From Phoronis australis (Eukaryota > Animalia > Phoronida), in contig NMRA01000106.1 of assembly GCA_002633005.1 (NCBI GenBank), forward strand, positions 928,370 to 990,895: a stretch of DNA of 62,526 bases. The letters are read 5' to 3'. This document shows, piece by piece, positions 50,313-62,526 of the stretch. Positions within the stretch are counted from its first letter, which is position 1. Each line of letters starts with the position of its first letter. The notes beneath the pieces are model-generated. The model made no database searches. It was not told the DNA's origin and saw nothing but the letters and a program-made list of their open reading frames with translations. Both the position numbers and the translations under genes were made by a program.

Positions 50313-50712
50313 GGCCCAGTCTCGAATCTTTTTACTCGAAATGGAACTCTAAATGATGTTTGGCATTTTTTAATCTATTTTTATGTGAACTCAAGATAAG
50401 TGTCTATTACTCTATGCTCGAGTTGATAATGACTTACGTGGGATGATTTATTAGTCCTAGTTTACAATTGACAAACCAACATTAAAGCTAAAAGTTCGAG
50501 TTTAAACTCAAAATTTCGAGTCTTTAATCGAGTTCGTAGCACGAATACAAGGGGTTTTAAGGGCAAACTTGGACTAGAAACTCATATGCATGAACTATAA
50601 TTATTCGAGCACAGTCTGATAACCACTTATCTCGAGTTCGCACAAAACTTGCAGAGAAATTGCCAGAAACAATTTCGAGTTCGTTTCGGGTACAAAGATT
50701 AGAGACCGGGCC
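50313..50712. mobile_element. 400-bp PIF/Harbinger-type MITE
   Basis: TIRs ggcccagtctcgaatcttt and aaagattagagaccgggcc; 3-bp TSD CTG on both sides. Confidence 0.8.
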
Positions 50713-52039
50713 CTGGTTTTGGAATAATGGAAATTCAAAGTAGTGAATTCTAGAAAACAACGAACCTTCGGAGTAATGGGCATTCGGAGTACTGGACCTT
50801 CGGAGTGTTGAACCTTCGTCATCGTGACATGGAGCCTTGGAAATCTTTTCCATCAAGTTTGTAGCTCGTATGAAGTCTACAGGGTTGTGCACCATTGACA
50901 TTGATTGACTAGAGAAGATTTTCATTAACCAAAGTTGAGGTCTACGCCTACTTTTCCATCATAACGTGAAAATTCTTAACGGTATATTCTCAGTGCAAGA
51001 AAACACGTTACTTGAATGTCTGGATTTTTAGCACGACGGAGGACTGCCTATATAATGAACTTACTGTCAGCGTGTACTGAATTTAAAAGAACACAAACGT
51101 TCAAACGTGTACACGCATGCATGTCAATCCACAATCGAAGTGGACACTGGATGAACAACATATTTGCATATTTCACGATCACTGCAATTCAAAATTTGAA
51201 AATGCCTACAGTTCTACCGTACTATGCTTGCAATTAAACCAAAATAGAAGAATAACTGTCAACTCTCAATAATTTTCTGCTGTTTTGTTTCTTGGTCGAG
51301 TTTAAGGTATTCACACTGCACTACTTTTTGGGAGCTCTCTCGCTGCTTTATACAAAACATGTAGCTTACTAATCGTAGGGCTAGACTTTTATGCTTAGGT
51401 GTAGACATTTACATCTGGACTCATTTGTTACCCTTGGTGTAGCCACCACGCGCGTGGTTTATGAATAACATGAAGCCTCCTCTTATCGTATGCACGATCC
51501 TGTCATCTACACAAACAGCGGCACTTGGGCGAAGTTTGCCGAGTACGGCCCCATGCCAGTTGAAGCGCTTTGAATCAGAGGCAAATTCAAAATTATTACT
51601 AAATTAGTTACCATAGTAGTTAGTAGCACCAGTACCTGCAACAATTTTGTTGTTATTGTCCATTCATATCCTATCTTTAACGAATATGATGGGTTTGGAC
51701 CTTTTCAGCGGGGAGGGGTTCGATGGAACCCCCCGAACCCCCCCCCCGGCTACGGGTCTGTAGGCCTACTATTAATAATAAAAGTAAAAAGGTGAAACAT
51801 AAACTACTATTTAATTCAACTGCAATTCAATTACTATTTCCAAAGATTGCACATAGTGGTTGGATACCCCCTCCTCCAATGTGGATGCTCGGGGCCGTCG
51901 CCACGGTGACTGAGCACCACATACAGCATTCACAAATAATTAATTCGAACGTGTTTTATATTCACTAAGAAGACAAAATGCGAATAGTTGCATTGCCCGC
52001 ATATCTGTGTCGTGCAACTGAAATGATTGTCAATCTAAC

Positions 52040-52900
52040 TTAACTGAAAAACTGCCAGGACTCGTTATACCCACGAATTGTCAATAACATGTTCGTAACA
52101 TGAACAGAACAGAATGTTTTATCTACGTTACAGCTTTGATAGTTTCCAAGGAATCTAACACGACCATACGTACCCAATGTCAGGTGCCGCAGAGGTTTTT
52201 TCAGCCTTTGCGGAGAACACCATATCAAACATAAAAATACGGACTGTTCCAAAAAGAGGTCAGCAGCCGATCTACGGAAGTTCTTCCTCGTACGTAGCAC
52301 TGAGAACGCATCGTTTTCAGCACTTCACGTAATATTGAGTCTGCGAATTTCAACTTGTGGTAAAACAATCTTCCCCATCTGGCGTAGTTTGGGCGGTTCA
52401 AGGCAAAGAATACATCTGGCATAGTCGGGAAAATGTTGATATAGCCACTGACGAATATCTGGAGTTCTCTGTGGGCTCGGTTTATGAGCAAGATGAAGAT
52501 TGCCCAAAACTGATCAGTTTTCCAAATTTGCCATTAATCACCGTGTGAAATGAAGGTAGTTGGCGCGCATACTATACGCAGACGACAGCAAAAGACGGCA
52601 TTTCGATTATTATTTGTTTTAGCAGCTGCATCAAATGACTCGTCCGAAAACAGAGGGACGTAGTTTAGATCGGTAAAATAGGACAACAAAAAACCGAAAT
52701 TCGTGCAAACACAATGTGCTATCCGTCTCAGACGGGTTTTTAGGTTTTGTTTTTAATAGTGAATCATGTGGAGTATTCCGCTCTTTTCGCATGGACGTGA
52801 GGTGGCTGCAACATCAAGCGCGATATTCCTGGTTTTCATGCCCTGACGTAAACTTGCGGACAAAAATCTTTCACCTTGTGTGGTGACCTATGTCTTACGG
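52040..52900 (-). mobile_element. Decayed transposase fragment, probably Academ-like
   Basis: Frameshifted pieces PDVFFALNRPNYARWG and RTRKNFRRSAADLFLEQ recall the F.A...NYARW...D...EQ pattern of large invertebrate DNA-transposon ORFs. The superfamily call is inferred from memory. Confidence 0.55.
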
Positions 52901-53009
52901 ACTTAGTGGCTTTATTGAAAATCGAAATGCTTAGTTCTTCAATGTGACGCTTATTCATTGTGAATGGGCTTATAATCAATATTGTCTCGACTCTTTGTTG
53001 GTCTGATGC

Positions 53010-53900
53010 GAGCATCTTACTGTTGTGCCACGTGCAGTGATGCTGAACATCGGGCAATTTGAGTCAAACGGTTACCTGCAGGTGGGTTGATCCAGCTCAA
53101 CTCATAGTACTTTGGCGTGTCTGGCGGGGATAACCCACCACTAGATTTGTCTGGCACTATTTATTCTCGATACCTGGGCTAACGGCGAATATTTTGCAAC
53201 TGGTTTCATGCGGTTACCAGTCTTGGGCTGATCAAGCTCAACTCAGGAATTTGGCGGGGCTAACCCACCACTAGATTTATATGGCAGTGTTTATTCGTGA
53301 TACCTGGGCTTACGGTGAATATTTTGCAACTGGTTTTAAGCGGATACCTCTTGTGTTGGTCTAGCTCAATTATTAACCCTTTTTGGTAATCGTCTGGGAC
53401 GGGCACCCCACCACTTAAATTGTCTGGCATCAAACAGTTGTGCCACGTACAGTGATGCTGAACATCGTTTCAAACGGTTACCTGGTGGATTTATCTAGCT
53501 CAACTCGGGTATTTGGGCGTGTCTGGCGGGGCTAACCCGCCACCACTAGATTTGTCTGGCAGTGTTCATTCGTGATACCTGGGCTCACGGTGAATATTTT
53601 GCAAAGTGGTTTCAAGTGGTTACCTCTTGGATTATATCTAGCTCAATTTTTTGCCTTGTTTATAACCGTCTGTTTGATACTCCCTACCACTGAAATTCTC
53701 TGGCAGTGACCATTTTGATACAGTGGATTACGTAGTAGGTATCCAAGGCAGTTTGAAGTGCTGGTTATCAGCAAAGTTGATATAGCTCAATTTTTGAGTG
53801 TCATTCTCTTGGCTCCCCTGATCACACCCACCAGAGCGAACCTGCCAGACGGCCATTTCCACTAGAAGCATGAGGATACCCATAGCACTGTGGCACCAAA
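53010..53900. repeat. Tandem array of diverged units of roughly 120-150 bp
   Basis: Recurrent ggttacc...agctcaa...ggcggggctaacccaccactagattt.tctggca...gatacctgggct.acgg.gaatattttgcaa. Confidence 0.8.
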
Positions 53901-54475
53901 GAAAATTGGTTTCCTGGCTTTTCATGCCAAAAAAGCTCTGGGATACCGGTCTAAAAGTCAGCGACAGTAGAAAGATGCACTCCAAAAAGGTGCCATCACA
54001 ATTTCCTGGGATTCACATTTCATTTTTTGAACATGAATTTGGCACAGATTTGTCTGTACAACCACAACATACCAAATTTACATTTCCTCCATCAGTCATG
54101 CCAGTTTGTTTGCGAAAAGCGCTACCTGTTGAGAATTCGACCAACCAAACACAAAAACCGGGCTGGTGTAAAAAGTCCACGTGCGTGTTCTCTACCACCT
54201 TGCGAAACGAGGGCACTAGCGAGGCGGAACCCCTTTGGCTAGTTTGGCTTTATACGTGGCTTGAAATCACTTAGGCAAGTGCTCACTCTTTATATCCGAA
54301 TCCACGTGGTCGTGGTGAGAACCAGTTTGAGTTTCTTTCCACTGCATAAAGTCAAGAGCAACTAAGTGGTTCTCAAAACTCGGCACTACTACAGTTTACT
54401 AGTGCCTCTTTATTGCCCATAATTAACACGATAAAACCAATTTTACCTCCAGACTTTGCAGACCCAACGTTAGGC

Positions 54476-54547
54476 AATTACATGGCCCTGGATGCCGCAA
54501 ATTACATCGCCCTGGATGCCGCAAATTACATCGCCTTGGATGCCGCA
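54476..54547. repeat. 24-bp tandem repeat, 3 copies
   Basis: Unit aattacatcgccctggatgccgca. Confidence 0.9.
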
Positions 54548-56157
54548 ACCGAGGCACTACGTGTTGCCTACCGGCCAATCGAGGGGCTACGTGGCTTTTG
54601 CGGCTACGTGTTGCCTAACCCAAAGTCCAAAGTCCCCTGAGATAACTTATGGCTTCCAAACCTTTTAGTGCGCACGCTCAGAGGAAGCCCACATTTTAAC
54701 AAAAAACTGTTTAGGCGTAGACCAAGTAGGCCACCCGTTAACTTGGTTGGCTTACACAGTCTGACCTCGCAGACCAAGTAATTATCTCCGACCGAGTTGC
54801 AATGTGCCGTTGATATCTAAATGTTTGCCATAGTGTTATAATTAGCGGTTCTATCAAACTAGATACGGTTTTTCGAAATTAGGTTTCATTTTTATGAGCA
54901 TATTATCATCGTTTTAAAACCTTATTTGGCGCCAAAATAACTCTGACCGACAAAAATCTTTATTTAAATCTTTTAAACAAGAATATAGTAAGCAACTGAG
55001 TCAGCCGCTGAGGCACAAATCAAACATTTAGATTTCACATCTAACTTTAATCTTTTCATCTGCGTTTCAGAAGAAAGTTATCAGCCAAATTTTACGGCTC
55101 AGTACAGTAGCTTTGCTTGCAGGAATACTTGGTCCCAGTGGTCTCGTCACGATCGAGAGTGCCCGCGATCAGCGCTGTGCCCGTCATCAAACTAGTAGAA
55201 TACATTTCTTCAGTTCTTTGACTTTGTCATCAAAATCCGTATCTTTTGTTTACATTTTCGATATCTACAACCGTTTTTCGTGCTTTTCACTGTTCGAAAG
55301 CCATTACGTTTACCACTTACTCAGCTGCGCTGCTGGGACCACCGACCCCGATGAGCAACGCCGGATCTATCGACGTTTTTCAAAATCGCGGCAGTGGCAA
55401 AATCTTCGTCTATATTTGCAATTAGTGATCGTTAATAAGTTCACCCATTTAACAGAATACAACCTGACACTATTTTCTAGTGTCAAAAAACATTTTAATG
55501 TTTTTTGACACTAGAAAATAGTGTAAGTTCTTTTTAAGTTTTAGTTCGGCTGGCTACCGTATGCCGAGTTGGCCTAGGTTCAGACAACATATTTGACGTC
55601 AATGAAACGTATCAAGTTCATTTGACATGTACCCAGTACCTCCAAAAGAAACGATTATCCCTTCTAAATGTCTCTAGAAAGTTATCAACCAATTTTTACG
55701 CCTCAGTTAATACACCGTAGTATTGCTTGCAGGTTTACATGATCCGGTCTCTTCACTGACCGGACCAAGTGCTCTGTGACGTCATTAAACTGCGGGCAAA
55801 TTGGAATATTTCATATCAGTTCTTTCACTTTGTCTTCTAAGATGGCTTTTTGTGTTCATTTTCTCGATGATCAACAATTGCTTTTTTAAACCGATTGTAT
55901 TAAAATACTTTTTCTTATTTAACAACCAGTACGTATCCTTGTATCGTTCACTTGGCTTGACAAGGCGAGTGTTGCGCCGCCGTCAGACCACCCCTCAGTG
56001 ACAAAATTTTCGTCTATGTTTGTAATTACAACTTCGTGCCGATAGCAAATAAATACACTCCGACGCTACTTGCAGTTCAGAAAACATAAAGCTTTCTTTT
56101 ATACTTTTGGCTGACTACCTGCGGAGGTCCATTAGACGACAAAGTTGACGTCCATGA

Positions 56158-56574
56158 CACGGGCGGATCCATGATTTTGAGTTGGGGGGAGCAAGGCACA
56201 GGAATAACCAGAATTTCGCCANNNNNNNNNNNNNNNNNNNNNNNNNNNNNNNNNNNNNNNNNNNNNNNNNNNNNNNNNNNNNNNNNNNNNNNNNNNNNNN
56301 NNNNNNNNNNNNNNNNNNNNNNNNNNNNNNNNNNNNNNNNNNNNNNNNNNNNNNNNNNNNNNNNNNNNNNNNNNNNNNNNNNNNNNNNNGGGATGCAGGG
56401 GTCTCGAATTTCGGGTTTGCGGACCTGTTGGCTAAAAAAAAACGGTAAACGCGGTTTGTTCAGGGCCTATGCATCGCATGTGCTAGTCAGCAATTCGCAT
56501 CCGAACTCCCAAATGGTATCTGGTACAATTTTAGGGGGGGCATGGCCCCCTTGGCCCCCCTAAATCCGCCACTG
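56158..56574 (-). mobile_element. CAGTGGCGGAT-type MITE with a 6-bp TSD, spanning an assembly gap
   Basis: Termini cacgggcggatcc and aaatccgccactg; TSD CCATGA at 56152-56157 and 56575-56580. Confidence 0.8.
56222..56389. other. Assembly gap (N run)
   Basis: Run of N. Confidence 1.
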
Positions 56575-58515
56575 CCATGAAAAGTAGCAGCTTCAACAAA
56601 ACCATTACCACTTTACTCAACGTGTCTCTGGAAAGTTATCGGCTCAATGCACTGTAGTTTTACTTGCAGGTTTACTTGGTCCAGTCTTGTCACCTGCCGG
56701 ACCGAGTGCTCTGAGACGTCATCAAACTTGCAGAATCTGAATATTTCGTAAAGTCTTTCACTTCTTCAAAGATCGCTTTTCCTGTTCACATTTTCGATGT
56801 CAACAATCGTTTTTCGTGCTTGTCACGGAACAATTACCTTTTCTTACATCCTTCATTTGACTTGAAACCAGGAATGTCGGTGCCCCCGAGACCACCCCTA
56901 ATTCAATGGCAACGGTCTATCGTTGTTTTGAAAATTCTCAGCGGCTAAAGGTTCATTTACATTTTTAATGGTTGATCATCGACAACTTGATGCCGAATCC
57001 ATCCCCAGAATACAGTCAGACCCTATTTGCGTTTGAGAAGTTTCTTTTTAGTTTTACTTAGGATCTATACCAGAAAGTCCAGACAGCATACGTAACGCCA
57101 ATGAAAAGGTAAATTCGTTTGACATGTACCCAGCAGTCCAACAAAGACACTACCTCTTCTACGCGTCTTTAGAAAGTTATCAACCATCTTTTACGACTCA
57201 GTACACTGTAGTTTTGCTTACAGGTTTACTTGGTCCGGTCTCATCAACCGTGAGGTCGGACCGAGTGTTCATTTCACTTGACATGTACCCAGCAACTACA
57301 ACAAAACATTTACCTCTTCACGGTGTCTCTGGAAACTTATCAACCCTTTTTTACGGCTCAATACACTGTTATAGTTTTGCTTCCATGTTTATTCGGTTCA
57401 GTCTGTCAATAGGTGGACCGAGTGTGCTGTGACGTCAACAAACTCGCTGAATCGAATTATTTCGTAAGTTATTTCACTTTTTATTCAAAGACCGCACTTT
57501 CTGTCCACATTTTCGGCCCCCCCAAACATTTTCAGGCGTCAGGGTTTAACCGTGGCAACCGACATACGCGTGGGGCGGGGACAGTCGAGAAAAGAAAGAC
57601 TGCTAAATGCGGATAAGAGAGAAAACTCCAGAAAACATTTAACAACACTGTATCAACGCATGGTTTACCTTTCGAAGACCCTAAACGCACTTGAAAACGT
57701 GCACGTAATGATTCATACATATATTTCGAAAAATTGAAAAAAAACTGTAAAGCGAAAGTTTTGCGGAGCGTATTAATTTATTGGATTTTTAAATTCGATA
57801 AGTCAATTTTGCGACTGCAAAACCACATTTTTCGAGAGGCCCCTCTCTGACAAGGGATAACGGAAACAACTGTCGATTTTTTCTCGAATTGCATATCACT
57901 GGAGAAAAATTGATGATCTGATAGCAGAGGCGGATCTACTGGGGGGTTCAAACCCCTCTCGGGACAGGATCAAAAATAAAAATTGAAAAAAATGTCGCCA
58001 GGAAAACGAAACCAGGTACTAGAAACCACAAAAAAATTTTACACCCAAACAACAAAAAATGTGAAAAAAAATACAATGGGATTGACCGCCATCGAAAGGG
58101 TAGAATTTTGCAGAACGTGAAGACAGCTAATTGTGAATTACATAAAAGTACTATTTCCGATGGTTAGTTGTAAAATAATGTTACTGTTTCCCATAGTATC
58201 ACAAGAACAGTATCTCTTTTGAAAATGGTTACTCTGAGTTGTTGGTAAGGATTTCCCACACGTGGAAAACACTGCTGTCGAGGCTACTATTGGGATGACC
58301 GTGTACATGTCAAACGATTGTACACAAATACTCGCAATAATAAACAAATATTTCACCTTTTTTGATCTCAAGATCAGCTCGTGGAACCTCGGAAATGATA
58401 AAAAATACATCTTACTGTGAATGCCCAATCTCCCATTTTCCCCCGGTTACCCATCAAAAATCTGCGAACATGGCCTGCGGAAAATGCTTATAACATTCCG
58501 TTCTGAACAATAAAT

Positions 58516-59230
58516 TTGTTGATTCTGATTTACATGTTTGTGTATCTACGAAAACCGACAGGTTAATAGATGAGTTTTGGCAATTGTAAGCTAATCTTTT
58601 AAGAAATGATTGCGATTCAGGGAATTAAGTTGAAACCTGAATATGGAAAAACTCTATAGTCCGATACCCAAATAGTAAATTGCACTTGTACACTTTTTGT
58701 CTAAAATGACTCTCAAAGACATTGATGAAATTTGGACACTTCCCAAAAAATTACTCACAATTCAAATGACAATAAACGCGTTGGTATTTGACTTCAGTAC
58801 AAGATTAGTTGTTTAATCTCACTATCAGGGGATCAAAAAGGAATTAAGGTAAAAGCATTGCTCATGGATTTGATTGTTGGTTTCTGATTTACATGTTTAT
58901 GTATCTATGAAAATGGACAGATTGAGAGATGATTTGTTTTGACAATTAGAAGCTAATCTTGTAAGAAATGACAATGCTTCAATGAACTTAGTTGCAGGCT
59001 GACATTGGGAAAATTCGATCATTCATCAGATCCCCAAATATAAAAGTACACCAAACGAGTTTTGTCTATCTGAAATAAGTCTCAAGGAAATTGATGAATT
59101 TCGGACAGCTCTACAAAGTGTCCCAAAATGTTCTCACAAATCAAATGACAATAAATTGTTTATTGGCTTAGGAACTGGATTACTGGGTTTAAGTTTACAA
59201 ACCGTAGATCGAAAAAGAAGTTTATGTACT
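58516..59230. repeat. Tandem duplication of about 358 bp, 2 diverged copies
   Basis: ttctgatttacatgttt.tgtatcta.gaaaa...aagctaatctt.taagaaatga...tcaaatgacaataaa occurs twice. Confidence 0.85.
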
Positions 59231-62200
59231 TAAGCAAATAAAATCTAACTCATTGGTCATCAAATTGGAAAGATTCTTCATGCACTTCCTTCATTTTTTA
59301 GTTTCCAGTAGCATTGCGCAATGAATTTTTGTTCTTCAAAACTGAATCGTTTGCTTGCATTTCCCGTGCATACTACACACACGGCATGCGCGCACCCAGC
59401 CTAAAATATAAGGGGCTCGAATTTTTGAGGATGTGGACCTTTTACTAAAGAAAAAAAACGGAATACGGGCTTCGTTCAGGGCTATGAATTGTGCATACAC
59501 CGAATTCCTGCCTTAGTGGACTTTTGTCTTGTTTTTCTTGGACTTTTTGTTTCTTTGAGGAGGACCTTTTTGCCCACTTTTCTATATGGGGGGGGGGGGG
59601 NGGTCCTTCGAGTTCCCTCCTGGGTGTGCGCATGCGTGGCACACCCACGTTAAAAATTAGGTGTAACCATGCAGTAGGCCTGCGTAGAACCTCAGTTACC
59701 CACGGGAACTGAATTTGAACTCCAGACGTTGAAGTGTGTACATTGTTGGGAAACACTGTATCGTTTCCCCCAGCAACCAGAAACAGGCTTAAAGGCTGTG
59801 TTTCTTCTAGGGATTCTGAAAAGGCCACAAAGGCACTAATACCAGGAACCTCGGGACCTCACCTTTCCAGAAAATTACTTCAAACAATGGCCATGATAAA
59901 ATGAAGTTGCAACTGGATCATAATAAAACAAACCTTGACCTTCAACCCAGAGCAAAGGAATAGGTACCGTACCTATTCCTACAATTGGAACCCAGTCATA
60001 GTTACTTCAGGAAGCTCCCAGCTACCCGTCAGTGCGCTAGCCCTAGACCCATTCTTACTCTCCGTGAAACGTGAAACTTTGTTGGTTCACGGTTACTGAT
60101 GGCTGCATCCCCGGTATTACCCCCACCTATTGCGGATGTGGGGGGGGGGGGGTCGGTANAGCAAGGAGATATAGGTTGGCGAAGTCAAATTGGTTTGTGC
60201 CCCCCCTTCCTTCCTAGGGGCCTGTTGCCCTAGGGTTCCAACGGAACGACACCCGCTAAAGTTCACCAAATTGAAGAACCAAACAAAAATTTAACATCAT
60301 GTTTATATTTATAATTATATATAACCGCATCTGAATCACAGGCCTTTAGGAATGGCAGGAACTCATGGCCGGATACTGGACTAAAGTAACAATTATTTGG
60401 TTGACTTACCAATAAAACTATGGAGCATCTGGTATGCTTCAGGTGACATAAAACATGCACAAAATTTGCCTGGTGACTATAAAAAAATAATTGACTCTTT
60501 AAAAACATAAGGAAATGAAACAAACCAGAAAACATTGCATTTAAGTGACAACTTAACCCCGATGATTTGGGATAGCTAGGGCACTAGAATGTATGAAACT
60601 GACTATTTTCAGGAGTGAATTTCCTTTCACGCACTAAAATGACAACATCATCATTTGAGACAAGCAAAATTTCCTTATCACCCACTTAAACACTCAAAAT
60701 ATGATAACAGATTTGAAGTATAATCACTGGTGTAGCCAGAAGTATTCACTAATTTGGGGAAGGCAAACGACTGGTGAGGGGTGAGGGGGGGGATGAGTGG
60801 CAATAAATAGGGGGAGGGGGGTGGGAATGGACCCATTAATTGTGCCTCCATGGCTACGCGAGTGAATATAATTTGATTGTCTGTTACAGCAACATTGAGC
60901 ACTTGTTGTTAAGGACAGAATGTAATATAAAATCTCACAACACAAAAATCACATTGGGCAATACCTAAACATGGGTCTGTTATTTATATGGAACTTCAGG
61001 ACCATGAAACTATCAAATAACTACCTACATCTACAATAATGTGATAGAACGAGGGTAAATGATCCCCAAAGTTGACTACAGAAATTACCTTAAAGCCACA
61101 TAGAGTGCCATCTTTCACTGTTTTCATTCACATTTTGGGATAATGCCCTTTGTTTTTCTACTCCATCACAGAGTGTTGGCTTTCCAAATTAAACGTGATA
61201 AAACTGCGGATGAATGGAGTTCAACGAGCGCTTCATAGCTAACTTGCTTTACTAATGTTGGAATTTACAGCTTTGAATCTATCTAATTTAGTTCTGGTTG
61301 GGACTCTAGGAAATAGAGGTACAAAACATTGAGAAATGAGGCAGACGGACACTTTTTGTTTGTGAACACTGGGGTGTACAAGAATCGCACAAGATGATCG
61401 TGCAAAGAACTTTTAACCTTATACAGAAAATGATGGAAGAAATGGACATTGCATAGATAGACATGAATACAGCTAAACCTAGGGATAACAATCAGCAGCA
61501 TCATGGAAAAAAATCCATTTTTATCAAACATAAAGATTAATTGTCATCACAAGCCATCAAAATACATTGATCAAAATATACAATTTAGCAGAAGGACGTA
61601 CAACTGAAGGCATTATACATCATACAATTGGAGCAGATGGGATGACAATGAAAGCGTTTATGATAATGGTTATCATTTATCAATTGGCCAAGATATATTG
61701 ATGACCCTTAATGTTTTGGCAACATCCAGCGGCCATTTTTAAAAATGACTGACTGGGTAAACTCTGGGGCCCGTGCCATGACTCAAGAAATTTAGTGTTA
61801 CACACCCACTTTTCTAATTACCAATGTCTTCGTACTAAATAAAGACTAAATAAAGTAATGTAGAATGTAAATGTTAGAACATCATAGTTAAGGATTATTC
61901 ACAAATTATCTGATTTATTAGGAACTTTGGGTATACGGTAACAGTCTTTGTATTTTGTTGTGTGGTGAGGAATGTTAGACAACAAGTCTTGACTTAAGAC
62001 TATAGTCACCTTTCATGAAACAAGCCCATGGACAATTAATTTGAATTCACTCCTGCATAGAATGGTCACTAAGAACAACCAAAAGATGGAGTTAGTATCT
62101 TCAAATGCTTTGGTTGTGCGAGAGCATTTAACACCCTGAAGCATATCCTTCTTTATGAATCTGTTCAGTTTCAAACTATGTGCTTAATGAAATAAGTGCA

Positions 62201-62379
62201 AAACTAGAAAATATGTTGTTGACAAAACATACAAAATGTTCTACTTTTCACTAACAAAAACAAAACCCTAAATTAAAATAATAAATCAGTAAAACAATAG
62301 AAAATATCAATTAGAGAATCGTATCTATTAAACCCAGTTGATCAAGACAAGACTATTTTCAGCAACGGATATTACATTG

Positions 62380-62415
62380 CCATCATGTGACCATCATGTG
62401 ACCATCATGTGACCA
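62380..62415. repeat. 11-bp tandem repeat, 3.3 copies
   Basis: Unit ccatcatgtga. Confidence 0.9.
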
Positions 62416-62526
62416 AGACAATGGGTTTGTAGTTGGCATTCTTTTGTCTCTCTGCTGCCTCTTCCTTTTGCCGTTTTGACTTCTCAGCCAACCTCTCGTT
62501 TTTCTCTGCCTTGCTTGTGAGGTAGA
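62405..62526 (-). CDS. Last coding exon (partial) of an unidentified gene entering from the right edge
   Basis: Open frame YLTSKAEKNERLAEKSKRQKEEAAERQKNANYKPIVLVT* is charged and coiled-coil-like, followed by long AT-rich 3'-UTR-like sequence. Confidence 0.6.
   Translation of the reverse strand, partial: YLTSKAEKNERLAEKSKRQKEEAAERQKNANYKPIVLVT

Larger units (their letters stand above)
55020..57515. repeat. Degenerate tandem array of 530-600-bp units (three full periods plus partial units)
   Basis: Anchor gaaagttatc...ctca.tacac.gtag..ttgcttgcaggtttac recurs at about 55073, 55677, 56631, 57172 and 57332. Confidence 0.8.

Overview
AT-rich eukaryotic genomic DNA, probably from a marine invertebrate such as a lophotrochozoan (inferred from gene, intron and transposon style). 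The left two-thirds is a compact housekeeping cluster: the 5' end of PPM1L (minus) head-to-head with an intronless NUTF2/NTF2 (plus), then a complete 16-exon MCCC1 (minus) head-to-head with a complete 6-exon TAF9 (plus), with only 125 bp between those two start codons. Next is an unidentified multi-exon gene (minus, 34605-40575) whose last four exons are intact but whose 5' exons carry stops and frameshifts. The right third is repeat-rich and holds a single-coding-exon RING/B-box/coiled-coil/NHL TRIM gene and the last coding exon of another gene at the window edge. The best leads are a 36-aa single-pass membrane smORF downstream of NTF2 (possible bicistronic mRNA), a Helentron-type element carrying seven co-oriented CTCF-consensus motifs between two convergent genes, a CAC...GTG hairpin MITE with a 5-bp TSD (Transib-type), and the partly decayed unknown gene. 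All exon boundaries were read by hand from GT-AG sites and phase continuity; no database searches were run.
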